A stretch of 62,452 bases of DNA from Bacillota bacterium (lineage in GTDB: Bacteria > Bacteroidota > Ignavibacteria > Ignavibacteriales > SURF-24), in the NCBI GenBank assembly GCA_050262615.1, contig JBLNEL010000411.1:1-62452 (forward strand). Direction: 5' to 3'. Below the pieces are notes generated by a model. That model searched no databases and had not been told where the DNA came from. It was given only the letters and a program-made list of their open reading frames with translations. Every line of letters starts with the position of its first letter. Within the stretch, counting starts at the first letter, position 1. Positions 58,179-62,452 of this stretch are shown piece after piece. Both the position numbers and the translations under genes were made by a program.

Positions 58179-59942
58179 ATGAAAAAAATTAAAGTAGGTT
58201 TAGGTACATGCGGCATTTCAGCCGGTGGTATCCAGGTATTTGAAAAAATCAAATCGGAGTTAGTAAATAAAGGTCTGGATTATGAACTCTCAGAGACCGG
58301 CTGCATGGGTATGTGTTATGAAGAAGTCCTGGTAGAAGTTGAAGATGATCTTAGCAGTTCACTTTATTCAAAAGTAACGGTTGACAAAGCAGGGCGAATA
58401 GTAAATGAGCATCTTATAAACAACAATCCAATAAAGGAATGGATAATAAAAACAGGGGATTATTGCAAGGAAGAGTCTTTTCTCAAAAAACAGACAAGGA
58501 TTGTCTTAAGGAACTGCGGAGCAATTAATCCTTCATCAATTGAAGATTACATTGAAAAAGGGGGCTATAAGGCAATAGAGAAAGTGTTAAGGGAGTATTC
58601 ACCTGAAAGAGTAATAGATGAGGTAACACGTTCAGGTTTAAGGGGGCGCGGCGGCGGAGGTTTTCTTACAGGGCAGAAGTGGAGATTTGCATTCAGTGAA
58701 AATTCAGATCAAAAGTATTTAATCTGCAATGCTGATGAAGGTGATCCGGGTGCATTTATGGACCGGAGTGTACTTGAGGGGGATCCTCATTCGGTACTGG
58801 AAGGGATGATGATTGCAGCCTATGCAATCGGAGCAGATAAGGCTTTTATTTATGTAAGAGCTGAGTATCCGTGGGCTATTAAAAGGCTAAGGAATGCATT
58901 AGTGCAGATGAAAGAAAAAGGGCTTTCAGGTGAAAATATTTTTGGAAGCAGTTTCAGTCTGGAGATAAAGATAAAAGAAGGAGCCGGAGCATTTGTCTGC
59001 GGAGAGGAAACTGCGCTTATGCAGTCTATTGAAGGCAAAAGAGGAGTACCAAGATTAAGGCCGCCGTTTCCTACGCATAAAGGATTATGGGAGAAGCCGA
59101 CAGTAATAAACAATGTAGAGACATATGCAAATCTTCCATGGATAATAGTCAATGGTTATGAAAAGTATGCAGCCTTAGGAACAGAAAAAAGCAAAGGCAG
59201 CAAAGTTTTCGCTTTAGCAGGCAGGATAAAAAGGACAGGGCTTGTAGAAGTTCCGATGGGAATAACCATAAATGAGATCGTTTATGATATAGGCGGAGGA
59301 ATAAAGGATAACAAAAAATTTAAGGCTGTACAGATAGGAGGTCCTTCGGGCGGGTGTATACCCTCGAGCATGGGAGACTTAAAAATAGATTATGATGAGA
59401 TCACCCGTACCGGTGCAATAATGGGTTCAGGCGGGCTTATTGTAATTGATGAGACAACCTGCATGGTTGATTTTGCCAGGTTCTTCTTAAACTTCACTCA
59501 GCATGAATCATGCGGCAAGTGCACTTTCTGCCGTATCGGGACAAAGAGAATGCTTGAAATATTAGAAAGGATAACTGAAGGCAAGGGAAAAGAAACTGAT
59601 ATTGAGCTGCTTGAAGACCTTGCAAAGAAAGTAAGCAGGGGCAGTCTCTGCGGGCTTGGACAGACAGCGCCAAATCCAGTACTGACAACCTTAAAGTATT
59701 TCAGGGATGAATACGAGGCCCACATCATTCATAAGAAATGTCCGGCTCACAGCTGTTCATCGCTTATTACATACAGTATAATCGATGAAATGTGCAAAGG
59801 CTGCGGAGTATGTATAAAGCAATGTCCAACAGGTGCTATAACCGGGAGTAAAAAGGAAGTTCATAAAATTAACAATGATCTGTGCATTAAGTGCGGAAAG
59901 TGTTTTGAAGTATGCAGATTAGATGCAGTAAAAGTCACTTAG
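58179..59942 (+). CDS. NuoF/HydB/HndC-like NADH-binding FMN flavoprotein with an extra N-terminal 2Fe-2S-like domain and two C-terminal [4Fe-4S] motifs
   Basis: GLRGRGGGGFLTGQKW, CNADEGDPGAFMDR, ESCGKCTFCRIGT, CKGCGVCIKQCPTGAI and CIKCGKCFEVC. The N-terminal region is GLGTCGISAGG..CMGMCYEE. Confidence 0.9.
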   Translation: MKKIKVGLGTCGISAGGIQVFEKIKSELVNKGLDYELSETGCMGMCYEEVLVEVEDDLSSSLYSKVTVDKAGRIVNEHLINNNPIKEWIIKTGDYCKEESFLKKQTRIVLRNCGAINPSSIEDYIEKGGYKAIEKVLREYSPERVIDEVTRSGLRGRGGGGFLTGQKWRFAFSENSDQKYLICNADEGDPGAFMDRSVLEGDPHSVLEGMMIAAYAIGADKAFIYVRAEYPWAIKRLRNALVQMKEKGLSGENIFGSSFSLEIKIKEGAGAFVCGEETALMQSIEGKRGVPRLRPPFPTHKGLWEKPTVINNVETYANLPWIIVNGYEKYAALGTEKSKGSKVFALAGRIKRTGLVEVPMGITINEIVYDIGGGIKDNKKFKAVQIGGPSGGCIPSSMGDLKIDYDEITRTGAIMGSGGLIVIDETTCMVDFARFFLNFTQHESCGKCTFCRIGTKRMLEILERITEGKGKETDIELLEDLAKKVSRGSLCGLGQTAPNPVLTTLKYFRDEYEAHIIHKKCPAHSCSSLITYSIIDEMCKGCGVCIKQCPTGAITGSKKEVHKINNDLCIKCGKCFEVCRLDAVKVT

Positions 59943-60005
59943 TCCAAAGTCCATCACGCCGGAGGCGGGAGTCCGAGGTCCATAGTTCATAGTCCAAAGT
60001 CATGA
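59940..60005. repeat. Second WRGTCCA heptamer tract, interrupted by a GC-rich insert
   Basis: TAGTCCA AAGTCCA [tcacgccggaggcggg] AGTCCG AGGTCCA TAGTTCA TAGTCCA AAGTCAT. The first TAG is the stop codon of the NuoF-like gene. Confidence 0.8.
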
Positions 60006-60013
60006 AAAGTAAA

Positions 60014-60043
60014 AAGGTCGTCTGGTCCAAGGTCGTCTAGTCT
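60014..60043. repeat. 15-nt direct repeat x2 (aaggtcgtctggtcc / aaggtcgtctagtct)
   Basis: Read directly from the sequence, immediately downstream of the heptamer tract. Confidence 0.6.
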
Positions 60044-60158
60044 AAACTGACGCACGGACTGATTATTTATTACGGACGGATTTGGGGGCAGAGAGAGTAC
60101 AAGGTTATTTAGTCTGTTTACGGGGGATTTGCTGGTTTAAGAATAAAGCAGGTGGTAT

Positions 60159-62452
60159 ATGGAAGAGGTCAAAATAGTAATTAATGGAGTAGAAGTTATA
60201 GCCTCAGAAGAGGATACGATCCTGGAAGCCGTGCATAAAAGCGGGCTTGACCAAATTCCTACTCTATGTCACGATAAAAGACTTGAACATTATACATCCT
60301 GTTATATGTGTGTTGTTGAAGTAGAAGGTTTAAACAAGCTTATTCCATCCTGCTCGACAATAGTCAGAAGCGGTATGAAGATATCGACCAGAAGTAAAGA
60401 TGTAATTGAAACAAGGAAAGCTGCTCTTGAGCTGCTGATGTCAAACCATTATGCAGACTGTATCGGACCATGCCGGAATAATTGTCCTGCCGGAGTAGAT
60501 GCACAGGCATACATTGCTTTAATATCAATGGGGAAATATAAAGACGCCTTAAGGCTGGTAAAAGAGAAGAATCCGCTTCCGCTCTCCATCGGGCGAGTAT
60601 GCGTAAGGGATTGTGAAGCTGCCTGCAGGAGAAAGTATGTAGATGAGCCGGTATCAGTTAATGCATTAAAAAGATTTATTGCCGATCTGGATAATATAAA
60701 CAAATGGACTCCGGAGGTAAAAAAGGATAAGGGGAAAAAAGCTGCAGTCATAGGGAGCGGGCCGGCGGGATTATCATGTGCTTACTACTTAAGGATTGAA
60801 GGATATCAGGTTACAATATTTGAAAAATATCCAAAGCCAGGCGGCATGTTAAGGTACGGGATTCCGGAATACAGGCTGCCGAAGGAAATACTTGATTCGG
60901 AGATAAACTGGATACTTGATCTTGGTATTGAATTAAAAACCAACGTGGAGCTTGGCCGTGATTTCAGTATAAAAAGTTTAATGGAAGGTAATTACGATGC
61001 TGTATTTATTGGAGTAGGAGCTCATAAGGCTACTAAGCTTGGGCTTGAAGGGGAAGATAATACAGAAGGCATATACAGAGGAATTGAATTTTTAAAAGAC
61101 GTAGAAACAGGAAAAATGCCGGGATTAAATGGGAAGGTCGTTGTTGTCGGCGGGGGGAATACAGCAATTGATGCTGCCAGAACGGCCTTAAGGTGCGGAG
61201 CAGATGAGGTTAAAATAGTTTACAGAAGAAGCATAAACGAAATGCCTGCAAACCGTGAAGAAATTGAAGCAGTAATAAAAGAAGGAATTGAAATTCTTTT
61301 TCTTACAAATCCAAAGGCTTTAATTTCAGAAAACAGCAGACTAAAAGCAGTTGAATGTTTAAGGATGCAGCTTATAGAAGGCAAGTCAGGTGAAAGGCCA
61401 AAACCTGTTGCCCTTGCAGGTTCGGAATTTATAATTGACTGCGACTATCTGATAAGTGCAATTGGGCAGGCGGTTGATATCAGTTTCAGTGGGCTGGATA
61501 ATGAATGCAGTCTTGAAAAGTGGGGTACATTAAAAATTAATAAAGAGAGCTTTCAGACAACTATTCCCGGAGTATTTGCCGGTGGTGATGATGTAACAGG
61601 TCCGCTTACAGCTATAAGTGCAATTGCGCAGGGGAAAAAAGCAGCAGAATCTATAATGAACTATTTTCAAACCGGAAAGGCAGGAAATCAAAACGGCAGT
61701 TTTATAAGCTTAAAACATAATCTGGCAGAACTGTCAGAACGTGAATTTGCACTTTATAAAAAAATGCCTAGAGAAAAGTCTGAGGAGCTTCCGGCAGAAG
61801 AAAGGATACATTCATTTAATGAAGTTGAAAAGAGTATAGGTGAGGCACAGGCACACAATGAAGCAGCGCGGTGCCTTGAATGCGGATGTTCAGAGTACTA
61901 CGACTGCAGCTTAAGGCGGTACTGTGATGAATACAAAATAGATATTTCATCATATAAAGGGGAGACAAAGAAATACACTCCTGACTTAAGGCATCCTTTT
62001 ATCTTACTTGATCCTAATAAATGCATAAACTGCGGCAGGTGTGTAAGAACATGTACAGAGGTTCTAAAAGTCTCAGCCCTGGGATTTGTTTACCGCGGTT
62101 TTAAGTCAGTTGTAAAGCCTGCAATGGAGAAGCCCTTACTTGATACAAACTGCATAAGCTGTGGAAATTGTATTGACAGCTGTCCAACAGGAGCTATAAG
62201 TGAAAAGCTGCCATTTAAGGCACCGGGAACACTTCCAAGAGAGAACTTTGAGACTACGTGCAGTTTCTGTTCATTGGGCTGCAAAGTAAACTTCAAAAAA
62301 ATAAGCAATGACCTATTTTACATATCAAATACAACAGACGAAGTAAAGGAGAGTCAAAACAAGGGATATCTCTGTACAAAGGGAAGGTTCGGCTACAGAT
62401 ACTTATTGAGCAGAAACAGGATATTATTTTCAGCAATAAAGACTAATGGGGT
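60159..62452 (+). CDS. Fusion protein: NuoG/FdhA-type 2Fe-2S N-terminus, then a GltD/NfnB-like FAD/NAD(P)H module, then 4Fe-4S ferredoxin motifs, then a molybdopterin-oxidoreductase 4Fe-4S domain (3' end outside the window)
   Basis: Not in the ORF track because no stop codon falls in the window. ATG 60159 follows AGGTGG, and the frame stays open for 764 codons to the window end. Motifs in order: CHDKRLEHYTSCYMCVVEV..PSC; LLMSNHYADCIGPCRNNCPAGVDAQAYI..GRVCVRDCEAAC; AAVIGSGPAGLSCAYYL; VVVVGGGNTAIDAARTA; VFAGGD; RCLECGCSEYYDC; CINCGRCVRTC; CISCGNCIDSCPTGAI; TTCSFCSLGCKVN. Confidence 0.8.
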   Translation, partial: MEEVKIVINGVEVIASEEDTILEAVHKSGLDQIPTLCHDKRLEHYTSCYMCVVEVEGLNKLIPSCSTIVRSGMKISTRSKDVIETRKAALELLMSNHYADCIGPCRNNCPAGVDAQAYIALISMGKYKDALRLVKEKNPLPLSIGRVCVRDCEAACRRKYVDEPVSVNALKRFIADLDNINKWTPEVKKDKGKKAAVIGSGPAGLSCAYYLRIEGYQVTIFEKYPKPGGMLRYGIPEYRLPKEILDSEINWILDLGIELKTNVELGRDFSIKSLMEGNYDAVFIGVGAHKATKLGLEGEDNTEGIYRGIEFLKDVETGKMPGLNGKVVVVGGGNTAIDAARTALRCGADEVKIVYRRSINEMPANREEIEAVIKEGIEILFLTNPKALISENSRLKAVECLRMQLIEGKSGERPKPVALAGSEFIIDCDYLISAIGQAVDISFSGLDNECSLEKWGTLKINKESFQTTIPGVFAGGDDVTGPLTAISAIAQGKKAAESIMNYFQTGKAGNQNGSFISLKHNLAELSEREFALYKKMPREKSEELPAEERIHSFNEVEKSIGEAQAHNEAARCLECGCSEYYDCSLRRYCDEYKIDISSYKGETKKYTPDLRHPFILLDPNKCINCGRCVRTCTEVLKVSALGFVYRGFKSVVKPAMEKPLLDTNCISCGNCIDSCPTGAISEKLPFKAPGTLPRENFETTCSFCSLGCKVNFKKISNDLFYISNTTDEVKESQNKGYLCTKGRFGYRYLLSRNRILFSAIKTNG

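Noticed and set aside
60159-62452. A selenocysteine (in-frame TGA) or frameshift in the fusion gene.
   Set aside because: The reading frame is uninterrupted over all 764 codons in the window. The region where a formate-dehydrogenase Sec or Cys would lie is beyond the window edge, so nothing can be said about it.

Overview
AT-rich chromosomal window read with the standard genetic code. AGGAG-type ribosome-binding sites are frequent. I support about 40 protein genes. I found no rRNA, tRNA, CRISPR array, transposase or integrase. Two genes were missed by the ORF track because they run off the window edges: a secreted LIM/DA1-like protein (1-648, minus) and a large Fe-S/flavin/molybdopterin fusion protein (60159 to the window end, plus). 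Six secreted proteins end in the T9SS type-A sorting domain (..NYPNPFNPST..), which suggests an FCB-superphylum, Ignavibacteria-like organism; this is inference only. Layout: (i) 0-6 kb, envelope proteins. (ii) 6.8-13.3 kb, an orphan MCP plus two PAS sensor kinases. (iii) 13-27 kb, an ABC pair and housekeeping genes (fba, GDPD, HAD, enoyl-CoA hydratase, BamA-like, Spy-like, PepC-like). (iv) 27-46 kb, a run of T9SS cargo proteins (BNR/Asp-box, GH43, M14, FN3-like) interleaved with ldh and a class-V aminotransferase. (v) 46-48 kb, a B12-binding radical SAM gene. (vi) 48.4-56.4 kb, a complete seven-gene oxidative (Stickland-type) ornithine degradation operon, ord-ortA-ortB-oraS-oraE-glmL-like-orr. 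(vii) 56.5-62.4 kb, a sigma-54-type promoter followed by a REC plus tandem-RAM regulator, NuoE-like and NuoF-like genes, and a 2Fe2S/GltD/molybdopterin triple fusion. Block (vii) is my best candidate for an undescribed system: an NADH- plus NADPH-linked, bifurcating-type pterin oxidoreductase sitting next to an amino-acid fermentation operon. I also noticed heptanucleotide tandem-repeat tracts (WRGTCCA and TAWGAAT) in intercistronic and intergenic positions; two of them begin exactly on TAG stop codons. All family assignments rest on motif recognition by eye. No database search was run, so novelty claims are unverified.
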